64,000 nt of DNA from a virus (IMGVR_UViG_3300046713_000250:1597-65596); one strand, 5' to 3'; counted from the first letter of the stretch, positions 8,772 to 17,409 are shown. The notes: generated by a model from the letters alone, not told the origin. Numbers and translations are program-made.

Positions 8772-9743
8772 CTATCCCTGAGTGGCCCGGGGGAAGCGCG
8801 GCGCGACGAATCCCGAGCGGAACTGCTCGGTAAGCATGGCCGCTGCGGCGTAGTCGTACGCCTGACCCCATGCCTCGGTGTACTCGGGCTTCCACTTGCC
8901 GCCGGCGACCCGCACCAGCGTGGTGAACAGCGCATCCTTCACCGCGGCGTACTCCTCCAGCGTCGCGCCGCGGATCGTACCGTCCTGGCGGATGAAGCTC
9001 GCGTGCGCCCGGCCGAACGAGGCGAGTGCCTGATCGAGGTGCTTCATCTTCTCCGCGTCGCCCGGGTCGTACAGGCCGGCCAGCGCGGTCAGCGCCTTGA
9101 GCAGACGGTCACGCTGGACCGCGCCCTTGTGGTCCGAGCCGAAGTCGCCCTGCGTCGGGTTGCCGGGGAACAGGGTCATCAGCTGCGGATGGGCGCGCAG
9201 CAGGGCCGAGTAAAACAGCCGGACCACCTCGTCGCCCTGGTCGCCGAGCAGCTTCACCGACTCCTGGAGCAGGTCGTTGATACCGGGCATGAAGCCGCGT
9301 CCTCCGCATTCCTGGCAGTCGGTCCGGAACTGGCTGATCAACGGCTGCGGCGGCACCGCCGCGAGGCGCGCGAACGGCGTCTGCCTGACCGGGATCTCGG
9401 CGGTCGTGGCCGCCGGGATGCCCTCGGACGCCCACCGGCGCTCGTCCTCGTCGCCGACGACCGGACCGGCGTACGGCATCTTGGCCGGCTCCTCGTCGTG
9501 CACCACGCCGAACGATTCGGTCGCCGCCGCCACGTCGGCCATCGACTCGGCCCGGACGATCGCCTGCGGGTCCTGCTCGTCTGGCTCGGCCGGTACGGCC
9601 AAGACCTCGGTAACGCTCTCGTCGGACATGGTCTCCTGCTTTCGTCTCCCGAACATCCTTCGTCCCATCATCACCAGCGGCGGCACGGTCAGTGCCAGCA
9701 CGAGCGCCGCGCCCAGCGCCCATGCCGCCGGATCATCCCACAC
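8772..9743 (-). CDS. Globin-domain protein (flavohaemoglobin/Vgb-type single globin) with N-terminal TM, acidic linker and CxxCxGxG
   Basis: 'VRLFYSALLRAHPQLMTLF' (TyrB10, PheCD1), 'VQRDRLLKAL' (GlnE7), 'FGRAH' (HisF8), 'EEYAAVKDALFTTL','EAWGQAY'; second start at 9629 with AGGAGAC SD. Confidence 0.88.
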   Translation of the reverse strand: MWDDPAAWALGAALVLALTVPPLVMMGRRMFGRRKQETMSDESVTEVLAVPAEPDEQDPQAIVRAESMADVAAATESFGVVHDEEPAKMPYAGPVVGDEDERRWASEGIPAATTAEIPVRQTPFARLAAVPPQPLISQFRTDCQECGGRGFMPGINDLLQESVKLLGDQGDEVVRLFYSALLRAHPQLMTLFPGNPTQGDFGSDHKGAVQRDRLLKALTALAGLYDPGDAEKMKHLDQALASFGRAHASFIRQDGTIRGATLEEYAAVKDALFTTLVRVAGGKWKPEYTEAWGQAYDYAAAAMLTEQFRSGFVAPRFPRATQG

Positions 9744-9905
9744 GGCGGTGTCGCTGGGCGTTCGTCGGCGGCTTGGTGCCCATTGGGGGCCACCACGGCT
9801 GGACGTTGAGCCGGCGCATCAGGCGGCGGTCGCGCGGCCGGTCGATCCAGCAGCCGGTCAGGACGCCACCGAGGCCGGTCGGCGGAGAGATCCAATACCA
9901 GGACA

Positions 9906-10343
9906 TCACTCGTTCAGTTCCTTACGCCACTTGCGGGACCAGCGGGAGGCGTGGAAGAGCTCCCCGAAGTGCGGCACGTCGTCCTGCTTGGCCCGGCCGT
10001 CGGTCGACCACCAGCGGAACGCGTTCAGGTAGCGGCCGTTCAGGAAGCCGAGGCCGTACGCCTGCCAGCCCCGGAAAGCGATCATCTGCTCCGTCTCCGT
10101 GAAGCCGGTCCACACGTGTGCCGGGAGCCGAGCGATCACCTCGTCGGCGGTCGCGTACGGGCAGGCCGCGGCGTAGCCCTCGATGTCGTCGAGCAGGTGA
10201 TGCACCCGGCCGTGCGCGTTCGCGCAGAGAGTGAGTATCTGCGAGTCACCCCCACCGCGGGGGCAGGGTCTGACGTGGTGCGATTCGATGGGGACCTTGT
10301 CGTCGTGCTCGGCATGCACCAGGCAGTCCCGGCCGAGGATCAC
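9906..10343 (-). CDS. HNH endonuclease-like protein
   Basis: 'ESHHVRP..RGG...LTLCANAHGRVH'. Confidence 0.7.
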   Translation of the reverse strand: MILGRDCLVHAEHDDKVPIESHHVRPCPRGGGDSQILTLCANAHGRVHHLLDDIEGYAAACPYATADEVIARLPAHVWTGFTETEQMIAFRGWQAYGLGFLNGRYLNAFRWWSTDGRAKQDDVPHFGELFHASRWSRKWRKELNE

Positions 10344-10453
10344 GGCACGACCAGCGAGAGCAGGTAGACGATCGCCACCGACATGACCCCGGCGATAGCG
10401 ATCAGGACGATTAGCATCAGCGCGAGAACCAGCGCGAGCAATGAGCCTTTCAA
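10340..10453 (-). CDS. Small hydrophobic membrane peptide
   Basis: TTG-start LKGSLLALVLALMLIVLIAIAGVMSVAIVYLLSLVVP, GTGA overlap with the HNH gene. Confidence 0.4.
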   Translation of the reverse strand: MKGSLLALVLALMLIVLIAIAGVMSVAIVYLLSLVVP

Positions 10454-10530
10454 CGTGATCGGTCACCTACCCACAGTGCTGCACTACCGGCCGGTATGCG
10501 CAAGACATCGCGTCCAGTACTGCCGCATCG

Positions 10531-10893
10531 TCAGGACATCGGGACGGCATGGCCCGCTTCGAGCAACTCCAGGCCCAGGTCGAAGGTGCTGCCCTGCGGC
10601 GTGGTCACCATGACCTGACCGAGCGTCCGGCCGTGATTGTCCAGCGCGTGGGAGATCAGCGTGACTCGCTCGGGGTGATAGCTGCCGAGGGAATGTGCCC
10701 CCGCGTCGGCCAGCCGGTGGATCACCCAGAGCCGGGCCGCCTCGCCCTCGTCGGTGCTGCGGTCGGGAGCGTGCACGCCGATCAACTGGCACGTGGTCTC
10801 GAAGGTGATGTGCCAGCCGAGATGCAGCCTCAGCGTCAGAGTGTTCGCGTCGACCACGTCCAGCACGGTGGCGGGCACGGTCCGGACGGTCAC
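10531..10893 (-). CDS. Thermonuclease (SNase)-like protein, degenerate active site
   Basis: 'VLDVVDANT','LIGVHAPD','DNHGRTLG','LLEAGHA' map onto SNase VVDGDT / RL.GIDAPE / D.YGR.L / L..G.A. Confidence 0.7.
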   Translation of the reverse strand: MTVRTVPATVLDVVDANTLTLRLHLGWHITFETTCQLIGVHAPDRSTDEGEAARLWVIHRLADAGAHSLGSYHPERVTLISHALDNHGRTLGQVMVTTPQGSTFDLGLELLEAGHAVPMS

Positions 10894-11000
10894 CAGATCA
10901 CCTGGATCACCACGTAGGCCACGGCGGCGACGAGGAACGCCGCAGCGACCGCGATGGTCATGCCCTCCTCGGCCGTGAGCAGACGGCGGCGTCGCCTCAT
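10890..11000 (-). CDS. Small single-TM protein
   Basis: MRRRRRLL...IAVAAAFLVAAVAYVVIQVIW. Confidence 0.45.
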   Translation of the reverse strand: MRRRRRLLTAEEGMTIAVAAAFLVAAVAYVVIQVIW

Positions 11001-11368
11001 CTGCTGCACCGGCTTTCCTCGGGCGGGCCCATCCACATATGACCCCCACCCTCGATCTGGCCCAGACATTTCCACAGGACCGCGGCGTCGCCCTCGGGCA
11101 TCACCGTGTCACCCCGGAACGGGGTCGGGCGGCGCGGTACGCAGAGATGCAGGTGGTCGCCGCCGGTGAACGGGCGGACCGGGGTGTCCCACCACTCCTC
11201 GGGATCGTGGATCTCCAGCGCTCGCGCGGGTAGGACAACTGGCAATCCCGCTGCCGTGGTGACGATGATCAGGTCCCGGCCGGTGCACTCCCAGCCGGGA
11301 TCACGCAGGGACGGACCCGTCGCGCCGCACGGGCGGGACAGCGTCTGCGCCTCGACTGATTCACTCAT
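10997..11368 (-). CDS. Hypothetical protein
   Basis: 123 aa, 4-nt overlaps. Confidence 0.5.
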   Translation of the reverse strand: MSESVEAQTLSRPCGATGPSLRDPGWECTGRDLIIVTTAAGLPVVLPARALEIHDPEEWWDTPVRPFTGGDHLHLCVPRRPTPFRGDTVMPEGDAAVLWKCLGQIEGGGHMWMGPPEESRCSR

Positions 11369-11586
11369 GCGCCACCGCTCAATCGGGTCGCCATCGCGTC
11401 GGCCTCGGCGTGCAACTGCTCGGCCGTCCTGTGCAGCCGCTCGATCTCGGCCTGCTCAGTGGGGTGGACCTCCACTTCGCATCCGGCGGCCTCCAGGATG
11501 CGGCGGGCCCTGGTGACCAGGGCCAGATCATGTGGCATGCCCGTGTTCATCGCGTCCAGGACTTTCGTGGTGATACGGACCATCAC
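11365..11586 (-). CDS. Hypothetical protein
   Basis: 73 aa, 4-nt overlaps. Confidence 0.5.
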   Translation of the reverse strand: MMVRITTKVLDAMNTGMPHDLALVTRARRILEAAGCEVEVHPTEQAEIERLHRTAEQLHAEADAMATRLSGGA

Positions 11587-12209
11587 GCCCCGCCGCCCAT
11601 CATGGTGTCGTCTCCGAAGATCAGCCGCGCCTCACCCGTCATCCGGCCCGGCTCCAGGCGCGCCCGCGTCGGCGATCCGTCGGAGTCCGTGCAGCCGGGG
11701 AAAAAGCACTTGACCTCACCCTTGCGCTTGAGCATACGCAGGCCGTAGGTGTGGCAGTACGGGCACGCGAGCGGCTGAAGGCCGGGCAAGCTGGGCAGCG
11801 CCACCCACGGCTCACCCTCGTCGATACCGGGCACCTGATCGGCCTGGCGGACCAGCCGCTCGAGCCCACGGGTCACCCCGCGCAGGATGAACGGCTGAGA
11901 AATCGTCACCATCGCATCCACGATGTCCAGGGCCGCGTGACCGCACACGTCGGCCGGCCGTCGCATCCGCGCGGCGCCGCGCATGGCCCGGGCGTACTCA
12001 CGGGCGCCGAAGTACAGGTCGAAGTAGGCGCCGGCGGCCTGCTTGCCCCACGGCTCGGACGACTCGGGCGCGTGCCGGCCGATCGTCCCGGTGTCGGGGC
12101 CACCGTTCTCCGGTTCGACGATCAGCGGATACAGCCGATCGATCCGACCCCGCGCGTCGGACGTCGCCTCGTAGCACCGGTCCGCCATGCTCGTCTCCGT
12201 GCGCGTCAT
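11583..12209 (-). CDS. Zinc-finger phage protein, possible late-transcription regulator
   Basis: C-terminal CPYC...CFFPGC; upstream of the packaging genes (function inferred from position only). Confidence 0.5.
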   Translation of the reverse strand: MTRTETSMADRCYEATSDARGRIDRLYPLIVEPENGGPDTGTIGRHAPESSEPWGKQAAGAYFDLYFGAREYARAMRGAARMRRPADVCGHAALDIVDAMVTISQPFILRGVTRGLERLVRQADQVPGIDEGEPWVALPSLPGLQPLACPYCHTYGLRMLKRKGEVKCFFPGCTDSDGSPTRARLEPGRMTGEARLIFGDDTMMGGGA

Positions 12210-12227
12210 GGCCGCGATCATGGCATG

Positions 12228-12428
12228 TCAGTGCTCCGAACTGCGAGAACCGGGCGGGTACAGGTCGGCGACGATCGTGCGGATGGCCCGGATGTCCTCG
12301 ATCTCCAGCACCGGGTGCGGGTCGAGCGGGAAGGCCCGGGCCCGGCAGGCGGCCCGGTCCGGCCAGAAGGTGAAGGTCGCCTCCGGGCAGGTGCACAACG
12401 GGTGCCGGTCGGGCATGTCATGGGTCAT
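12228..12428 (-). CDS. Hypothetical protein
   Basis: MTHDMPDRHPLCTCPE..., coupled to neighbour. Confidence 0.45.
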   Translation of the reverse strand: MTHDMPDRHPLCTCPEATFTFWPDRAACRARAFPLDPHPVLEIEDIRAIRTIVADLYPPGSRSSEH

Positions 12429-12667
12429 CGGCCAACCGTATGGGTCGCGCACACGGCGTCGGGATGGTCGTACGCGCAGGCACATTGGGTGTCCCAGCCG
12501 CGCGGGTCGGCATCTACGTCCGTGGGGTCTGTCAGCTTGTCGATACGCGCCTGCAGAGCCTGCACGTGGGCCGCAAGCGTCCTGATCGGCTCGGGCAGGT
12601 CGGCCAGCAGGTCGCCCTCGGCGTCGGTGTTGTCGTTCCACCAGTGGTCGTACTCGTCCCACCTCAC
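12425..12667 (-). CDS. Hypothetical protein
   Basis: 80 aa, C-terminal CAC...C. Confidence 0.5.
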   Translation of the reverse strand: MRWDEYDHWWNDNTDAEGDLLADLPEPIRTLAAHVQALQARIDKLTDPTDVDADPRGWDTQCACAYDHPDAVCATHTVGR

Positions 12668-12692
12668 CGGCAGACCTCCGTGTGCTCGGGAC

Positions 12693-12980
12693 TCACGCCG
12701 CCATCCGATCCGGAGTGATCGGAAGGATCCACGAGTCGCCGGAGCGGGAGTCGTAGATCGTGAGCGAGGCGGTCACGTCCAGCGCCTGGGCCAGCCGGAC
12801 GATCGTGGAGAACCGCGGATCGGGTACGCGGCCGGTCTCCACGCCGGACAGCCAGGACTGGTCGGCGCCCATCAGTTCTGCGAGATCCTCCTGCGACAGC
12901 CCTCGTTCCGCGCGGACGGCGACCAGCGCCTCGACCACCGCCCGCGTCTCGGGCAGGGAGTAGCCGGCACGGCCCGTCAC
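12693..12980 (-). CDS. XRE-family HTH regulator
   Basis: 'RAERGLSQEDLAELMGADQSWLSGVETG...PRFSTIVRLAQAL'. Confidence 0.85.
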   Translation of the reverse strand: MTGRAGYSLPETRAVVEALVAVRAERGLSQEDLAELMGADQSWLSGVETGRVPDPRFSTIVRLAQALDVTASLTIYDSRSGDSWILPITPDRMAA

Positions 12981-13186
12981 GCCGACTCCGGGTGTCGTGG
13001 CTTGGCGGCCGGGTGATGGTCCTTGATGAACACCTGGACGGTGCCGTTCATGTAGGTCTGCCTCGTGTCGAGGTAGCACGAGCCGAACGTGTTGATCACA
13101 TAGTCACCCTCGGCCACCTCGACCACCTGCCTGTCGCCGGTCTGGAGATCCTCGACGGTCACCCGGAACCAGTCGGTCACGGTCAC
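12977..13186 (-). CDS. Hypothetical protein
   Basis: VTVTDWFRVTVEDLQTGD..., 4-nt overlaps. Confidence 0.5.
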   Translation of the reverse strand: MTVTDWFRVTVEDLQTGDRQVVEVAEGDYVINTFGSCYLDTRQTYMNGTVQVFIKDHHPAAKPRHPESA

Positions 13187-13650
13187 CACCTGCCGTGCAG
13201 TTCGTCGCTGATCGCGCGAGTGGCGATCACCTGGCACCGGGCGTTCTCCCAGCGGCACACGTCGTCCGGCTTCGGGCCGTACTGGATGTAGAAGACCCGC
13301 TCGGTCGGGCAGTCCTTCCGATCATCGTATTGATCCTGGACCTTGGCCCACGTCTCGTCGTCGTAGATCGGCTCCTGCTGCTCGCCGAGGAAGTAGCCGA
13401 ACGACTTCATCAGCGTGTCCGCGTCGGCGCGCGGGTTGATCGCATGATCGGTGGCGAAGCACAGTTCGCCCGGCTTGGGCTCCCGGTAGCGTCGCTGCCA
13501 GTCGATGCCGATCGGCGCGCCGGCCATGCCGAACAGGTAGGTCGCGTACCACTGGGAGCTCATGACCAGGACGCGGAACGGCAGGAATGCCTCGTCCAGG
13601 TTGAGCAGCGGGTCGTCCGTGCGGTCGGTGCCGCGGAGTCGCTCGATCAC
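13183..13650 (-). CDS. Hypothetical protein
   Basis: VIERLRGTDRTDD..., 155 aa. Confidence 0.55.
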   Translation of the reverse strand: MIERLRGTDRTDDPLLNLDEAFLPFRVLVMSSQWYATYLFGMAGAPIGIDWQRRYREPKPGELCFATDHAINPRADADTLMKSFGYFLGEQQEPIYDDETWAKVQDQYDDRKDCPTERVFYIQYGPKPDDVCRWENARCQVIATRAISDELHGRW

Positions 13651-14003
13651 AGCGGGCCCCCGTCCGGGCCGAACAGGACCGCCGGAGTGTCGGGCACCGG
13701 CTCGGGGCCGACCGGCTCGCCGTGCGTGCGGATGAACAGGTTCATCGCCATCATCTGGATCATCTGCGTGACGATCTGCTGCTCCATCGCGTCGCCGGTC
13801 GCGATCATCGGGTGGATCGCGAGGACGACCTTGTACTTCTCGCCGGTCAACTCGGCGCCGCCCTGACCGATGCGGGTCACCTCCCACCCGAGTTTGCGGA
13901 TGCGGAAGGTGTCCGCGGTGCGGATGTCCACCCACGCGCCCGCGCCGTCGAGCACGTCGATCCACTCGCCGTGCCGGTCGCCGCCGATGATCAGCGCCTT
14001 CAT
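13647..14003 (-). CDS. Hypothetical protein
   Basis: MKALIIGGDRHGEW... Confidence 0.55.
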   Translation of the reverse strand: MKALIIGGDRHGEWIDVLDGAGAWVDIRTADTFRIRKLGWEVTRIGQGGAELTGEKYKVVLAIHPMIATGDAMEQQIVTQMIQMMAMNLFIRTHGEPVGPEPVPDTPAVLFGPDGGPL

Positions 14004-14308
14004 GATCCGACCGCCGCATCCTCGCCAGCCGGCTCCTCGGCGTCCGGTAGGACCACCTCGACCCACGGGCTCGCCTCGATGTTCACCGTGCGAGTGAACG
14101 TCCTGCGCCGCGTCCCCTCCGGCGAGTCCCTCTTCGCGAAGATCCCAGCGAGTCCGGCCCAGGTCATCCCCGCACCCTTGGCCACCTCGACAGGCTCACT
14201 GTCCACGGTCGTCCCGTCCGGGTAGACGGTCCGCACCATCCGCTCGGTCCGCTCGGTCCGGCCAGTCGGCACGCCGAACCGTCGGCCGGGCATCTTCTCC
14301 GCACCCAT
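14000..14308 (-). CDS. Hypothetical protein
   Basis: Starts within the 34-nt repeat carrying the AGGAGACG SD. Confidence 0.5.
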   Translation of the reverse strand: MGAEKMPGRRFGVPTGRTERTERMVRTVYPDGTTVDSEPVEVAKGAGMTWAGLAGIFAKRDSPEGTRRRTFTRTVNIEASPWVEVVLPDAEEPAGEDAAVGS

Positions 14309-14579
14309 CTCGTCTCCTGTCGTTCGAAGTTGCGGACGCAACCGGTGCGCCCCTCATTGCGGCCTCCGGTCGTCCACGGCGATGCCGAAGGTCCGGCAGA
14401 TCGCCGTGGCGGTGTTCTCCACCGCGTCGATGCCGCTCCAGCCATGATCGTCGTAGTTCGCCGAAGCGACTTCCTCGCCGCCGACTTCCACGATCACGCC
14501 CCGCCTGTCGCTGTGCTCACGTAGCACGACCTTGCGTTTCTGGGTCATCTCGTCTCCTGTCGTTCGGAGTTGCGGACGC
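14306..14579. repeat. 34-bp direct repeat pair (14306-14339, 14546-14579) containing SD and ATG
   Basis: catctcgtctcctgtcgttcg(a/g)agttgcggacgc, one mismatch; a 16-nt partial copy at 15389-15404. Confidence 0.9.
14354..14548 (-). CDS. Hypothetical protein bracketed by the direct repeats
   Basis: MTQKRKVVLREHSDRRG..., 64 aa. Confidence 0.55.
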   Translation of the reverse strand: MTQKRKVVLREHSDRRGVIVEVGGEEVASANYDDHGWSGIDAVENTATAICRTFGIAVDDRRPQ

Positions 14580-14895
14580 GCAAGGCCCGCAACTCGGCGT
14601 TGATGCGGCCGGACCGCAAATCGATCGGGCGCCATACCGCAAAGTCGGCACCTGCGGATTCCAGCTTTGCGGCCCACACCAGCTGCTCGCGGCTGGACCT
14701 GCCGGTTGCGGACTTGAGTTCGCGGAACAGCACACCGCCCGGGCCAGCAATCGTGAGGTCCGGGTAGCCCTTGCCATCGGCCTGCACCGCCGTGCGCCAG
14801 CCGCGGTCCGTCCGGGCCGGGCGGAAGTGCGCGACGTGGTGACCGAGGAGTCGGGCCAGGTCGAGCACGGCGGTGAGCAGGTCATCCTCGGTCAT
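14545..14895 (-). CDS. VRR-NUC nuclease / Holliday junction resolvase-like
   Basis: 'TEDDL...GYPDL...FRELKS..GR...EQ..W...VWRP'. Confidence 0.85.
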   Translation of the reverse strand: MTEDDLLTAVLDLARLLGHHVAHFRPARTDRGWRTAVQADGKGYPDLTIAGPGGVLFRELKSATGRSSREQLVWAAKLESAGADFAVWRPIDLRSGRINAELRALRVRNSERQETR

Positions 14896-14896
14896 G

Positions 14897-15385
14897 TCAG
14901 ATGACCTTCCAGCTACCGATCCGGTCGTTCCAGCCGAAGTTGGCCAGCCGGTAAAGCTGCGTCTGGAGATCGCCCGGGTAGACCACCGACGCGAAGTAGT
15001 AGTCGGATCCAGAGCATGCGTTGGAGTCGTAGAAGTAGATCGTCCGCTGCACGGTGTTGCCACCGGTCCAGTTCAGCAGGATCGACGTGGTGGCGTTGTA
15101 GACCTTGCCGTTGGTCCAGCCCGAGATCCCCGACGTGGGCAGCACGTGACAGACGTTGGCCGCGCCGCTGTACTGCACGTAGATGCCGCCGGCCGCGTTG
15201 AAGCTCTCATAGTTGTAGAAGCAGATGTAGCCGCCGTCGGGGCAGCCGGACACTGAGCGGGCGGGCGCGACCTGCTGCGCAACCTGGGAAACCCGTGCCG
15301 GTGTCGGGCCTGCGCTCGCCGTCACCGTACTTCCCAGCGCGAGCACCAGCGAGGTGACCAGCACGGCCATCAGTCGTTTGATCAT
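14897..15385 (-). CDS. Secreted peptidase-inhibitor I36 (SMPI / beta-gamma-crystallin-like) family protein
   Basis: Sec signal ending ASA; 'GCPDGGYICFY...F', C-terminal 'WNDRIGS'. Confidence 0.7.
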   Translation of the reverse strand: MIKRLMAVLVTSLVLALGSTVTASAGPTPARVSQVAQQVAPARSVSGCPDGGYICFYNYESFNAAGGIYVQYSGAANVCHVLPTSGISGWTNGKVYNATTSILLNWTGGNTVQRTIYFYDSNACSGSDYYFASVVYPGDLQTQLYRLANFGWNDRIGSWKVI

Positions 15386-15410
15386 GCGTCTCGTCTCCTG
15401 TCGTAGATCT

Positions 15411-15605
15411 TCATCTAACCCCGGTGAAGCATTGCCGGTCCGGGTGTGCGGTCCACATCTTGCGGGGCGGCAGGTGCTTGATCCTGCGATCCAGGCACGG
15501 AGTTGCGGCCTGCGCTCCGCAACCGCACGGGCCGTAGTCCGGCCAGTGCGCCTCGGGCGCCCAGTGCTGGCCGTAGTCGCTGGGCATCTGGCCGGACGCG
15601 CTCAC
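15411..15605 (-). CDS. Small Cys/His protein
   Basis: CGCGA...PC...HPDR. Confidence 0.45.
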   Translation of the reverse strand: MSASGQMPSDYGQHWAPEAHWPDYGPCGCGAQAATPCLDRRIKHLPPRKMWTAHPDRQCFTGVR

Positions 15606-15793
15606 TCGCCATCCCTCCGCACGCCCGCGCTGATCCAGTCGGCCAGCACGATGCCTGCGAACGCGATCACGCCGAGGACGACCATCAGGACGAACTCGCC
15701 CGCCGTCATGCCGCCGACGGCCACGCCACCGCCGGTAAAGGCGTAGAGCGCGAGGATCGTCATCCGCAGCCAGGTCACGCCGCCGGCGCTCAT
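15602..15793 (-). CDS. Two-TM membrane protein
   Basis: Two hydrophobic segments in 63 aa. Confidence 0.5.
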   Translation of the reverse strand: MSAGGVTWLRMTILALYAFTGGGVAVGGMTAGEFVLMVVLGVIAFAGIVLADWISAGVRRDGE

Positions 15794-16263
15794 GCGTCGT
15801 CGCCCGGGAACGGCAGACCGAGGTCGCGGGCCTGCTTGCGCAGGAACTCCAGCTCCTGCCGTTCTCGCCGAGCGGCGATGGCGGCGAGGCGGTCCAGCTC
15901 AGCCTGCGGAACGATATCTGCGGACACCTTGCGGGCACCCATGTGGATCAGGCCGACCAGCAGTGCGACCAGGGCAATAGCGGCCGTGAACAGCCAGAAG
16001 ATCGGCCAGCCCGCGCCCATCATGAGCCCGACGCGGGCCGACTCATCACGATCATCCTGGGTGATCAATGAGCCTTGGACGGATGCCCATCGCTCGCGCT
16101 CCTCAGCGTCCGCCTCCGACTTCACGTAACGAGCTGCATCTCTGCGATCCTTCAACGCGTGGCGCGCGGCGCGCTCTAGGTCGAAGCGGACGAAGCGGCG
16201 CGCGGTCAGCACGGCCACGACCACGTATCCGAGCACGCCAGCCGTCCACGCCAGGCCGATCAC
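15790..16263 (-). CDS. Membrane protein
   Basis: N-terminal and central hydrophobic segments. Confidence 0.55.
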   Translation of the reverse strand: MIGLAWTAGVLGYVVVAVLTARRFVRFDLERAARHALKDRRDAARYVKSEADAEERERWASVQGSLITQDDRDESARVGLMMGAGWPIFWLFTAAIALVALLVGLIHMGARKVSADIVPQAELDRLAAIAARRERQELEFLRKQARDLGLPFPGDDA

Positions 16264-16469
16264 TGATCACCCCACCGGCGCGGGACGCACGGCACGGCCG
16301 GCGTCGGCAGGGGCCGCGGCCAGGGCCACGTCGCCTTGCAGTGGACGCACAGCCACACGCTGCCGTCCCGTTCGATCCGGTGACTGTCGAACACGAGGTC
16401 GGCCGAGGCGGCGCGCATCTCGTCGGCGCGGGTCGGCGCGCGATAGCCGGAGTGATCACTCGTGGCCAT
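16260..16469 (-). CDS. Small Cys-containing protein
   Basis: MATSDHSG...CVHC..WPW; GGAGAC SD. Confidence 0.45.
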   Translation of the reverse strand: MATSDHSGYRAPTRADEMRAASADLVFDSHRIERDGSVWLCVHCKATWPWPRPLPTPAVPCVPRRWGDQ

Positions 16470-16635
16470 GGCGTCTCCAGTAGGTCGGCGAGGCCGGGCA
16501 GATCTGACAGCGGGGCAGCGTGCCGGGCTCGGCGCACGGCACCGCGGGATGCTCCGGGGTGGCCGCGCCGGCGCACTTAAGCGGGCCGGGTGGCATGTCC
16601 GCCAGGTCGGGAACGCTCGGGTCAGCCAGCGACAT
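16456..16635 (-). CDS. Small Cys-rich protein
   Basis: ...CQICPASPTYWR. Confidence 0.45.
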   Translation of the reverse strand: MSLADPSVPDLADMPPGPLKCAGAATPEHPAVPCAEPGTLPRCQICPASPTYWRRHGHE

Positions 16636-16888
16636 CGCCGACCCCTGACTCCTTGGGCCGGCAGTGGTAGCCCGCGCCGCGCGCGTGCTCGTTGCCCGTG
16701 CCGCAGAAGCACGAGGCCGGCCGGGCCAGCGCAGCCGCATACGCCTGCTCGAGGCGCTGCACGGCGTCCATCAGCTCGCTGCGGGAGTCCTCGTCCCCTC
16801 CGGTCCTGCGGAACTCGCGGGCCGCGGCGACCACCTCGCGAGCGAGGGCCGCATGCTGCGGCTCGGCCAACTGCGCCCAGTCGCTCAT
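16622..16888 (-). CDS. Hypothetical protein
   Basis: 88 aa with CFC...H...HC. Confidence 0.5.
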   Translation of the reverse strand: MSDWAQLAEPQHAALAREVVAAAREFRRTGGDEDSRSELMDAVQRLEQAYAAALARPASCFCGTGNEHARGAGYHCRPKESGVGDVAG

Positions 16889-17160
16889 GACGCCGTCCCG
16901 ACCAGGAATTCGAACAGATGCCAGACCAGCGCGCCACCTCGGCCCGCAAGCGCAGTGCCGATGTGGGCGGCATTGTCCGGCAGGGGCTGACCGGTGCCGA
17001 ATACCCGGAAGGTGCGGACCGTCGGCTCCTGCTCGTCCGCTATCGCCCAGATCTCGACGCGATCCGGATTGCGGCAGTCGACGTGCACGATCAGCCCGGA
17101 AAGCTCGATGTCGTGGAGCCGGTCGTCGACCGGCACCTCGTAGCGGTGGACGGCCCTCAC
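16885..17160 (-). CDS. Conserved-looking phage hypothetical protein
   Basis: 'VHRYEVPVDD...VEIWA...RTFRVFGTGQPLP...HIGTA...LVWHLFE'. Confidence 0.6.
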   Translation of the reverse strand: MRAVHRYEVPVDDRLHDIELSGLIVHVDCRNPDRVEIWAIADEQEPTVRTFRVFGTGQPLPDNAAHIGTALAGRGGALVWHLFEFLVGTAS

Positions 17161-17357
17161 CGCACCAGCACCTCGCCGCCGATCTCGCAGACCGTCGCCC
17201 GGACCCGGCCCGCAGCCACGTCGCGCGGCTGCTGCTGCGACAGCACCGCCAGCAGGCGACGCCGCTCCGTGTCGGCCTGCGTCCAGTCCATCGGGTCGGA
17301 CGCGGCCACCCGCATCCCGTCGGCCGTGTCCAGCTGCACGGTCACCACGATGTGCAT
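17157..17357 (-). CDS. Hypothetical protein, first gene after the minus-strand TACAGT promoter
   Basis: GAGGAG SD; 66 aa. Confidence 0.5.
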   Translation of the reverse strand: MHIVVTVQLDTADGMRVAASDPMDWTQADTERRRLLAVLSQQQPRDVAAGRVRATVCEIGGEVLVR

Positions 17358-17377
17358 GTGGACTCCTCTCGTTACGG

Positions 17378-17409
17378 CTTACTGTACTCCCGACGGTGAT
17401 CGGGGGCAA
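17378..17409 (-). promoter_or_regulatory. Promoter TTGCCC-N17-TACAGT with GGGAGTACAGTAAG box
   Basis: Same motif as four plus-strand copies. Confidence 0.75.

Noticed and set aside
14306-14579. CRISPR array or att pair
   Set aside because: Only two full copies with a gene between them; no cas gene or integrase
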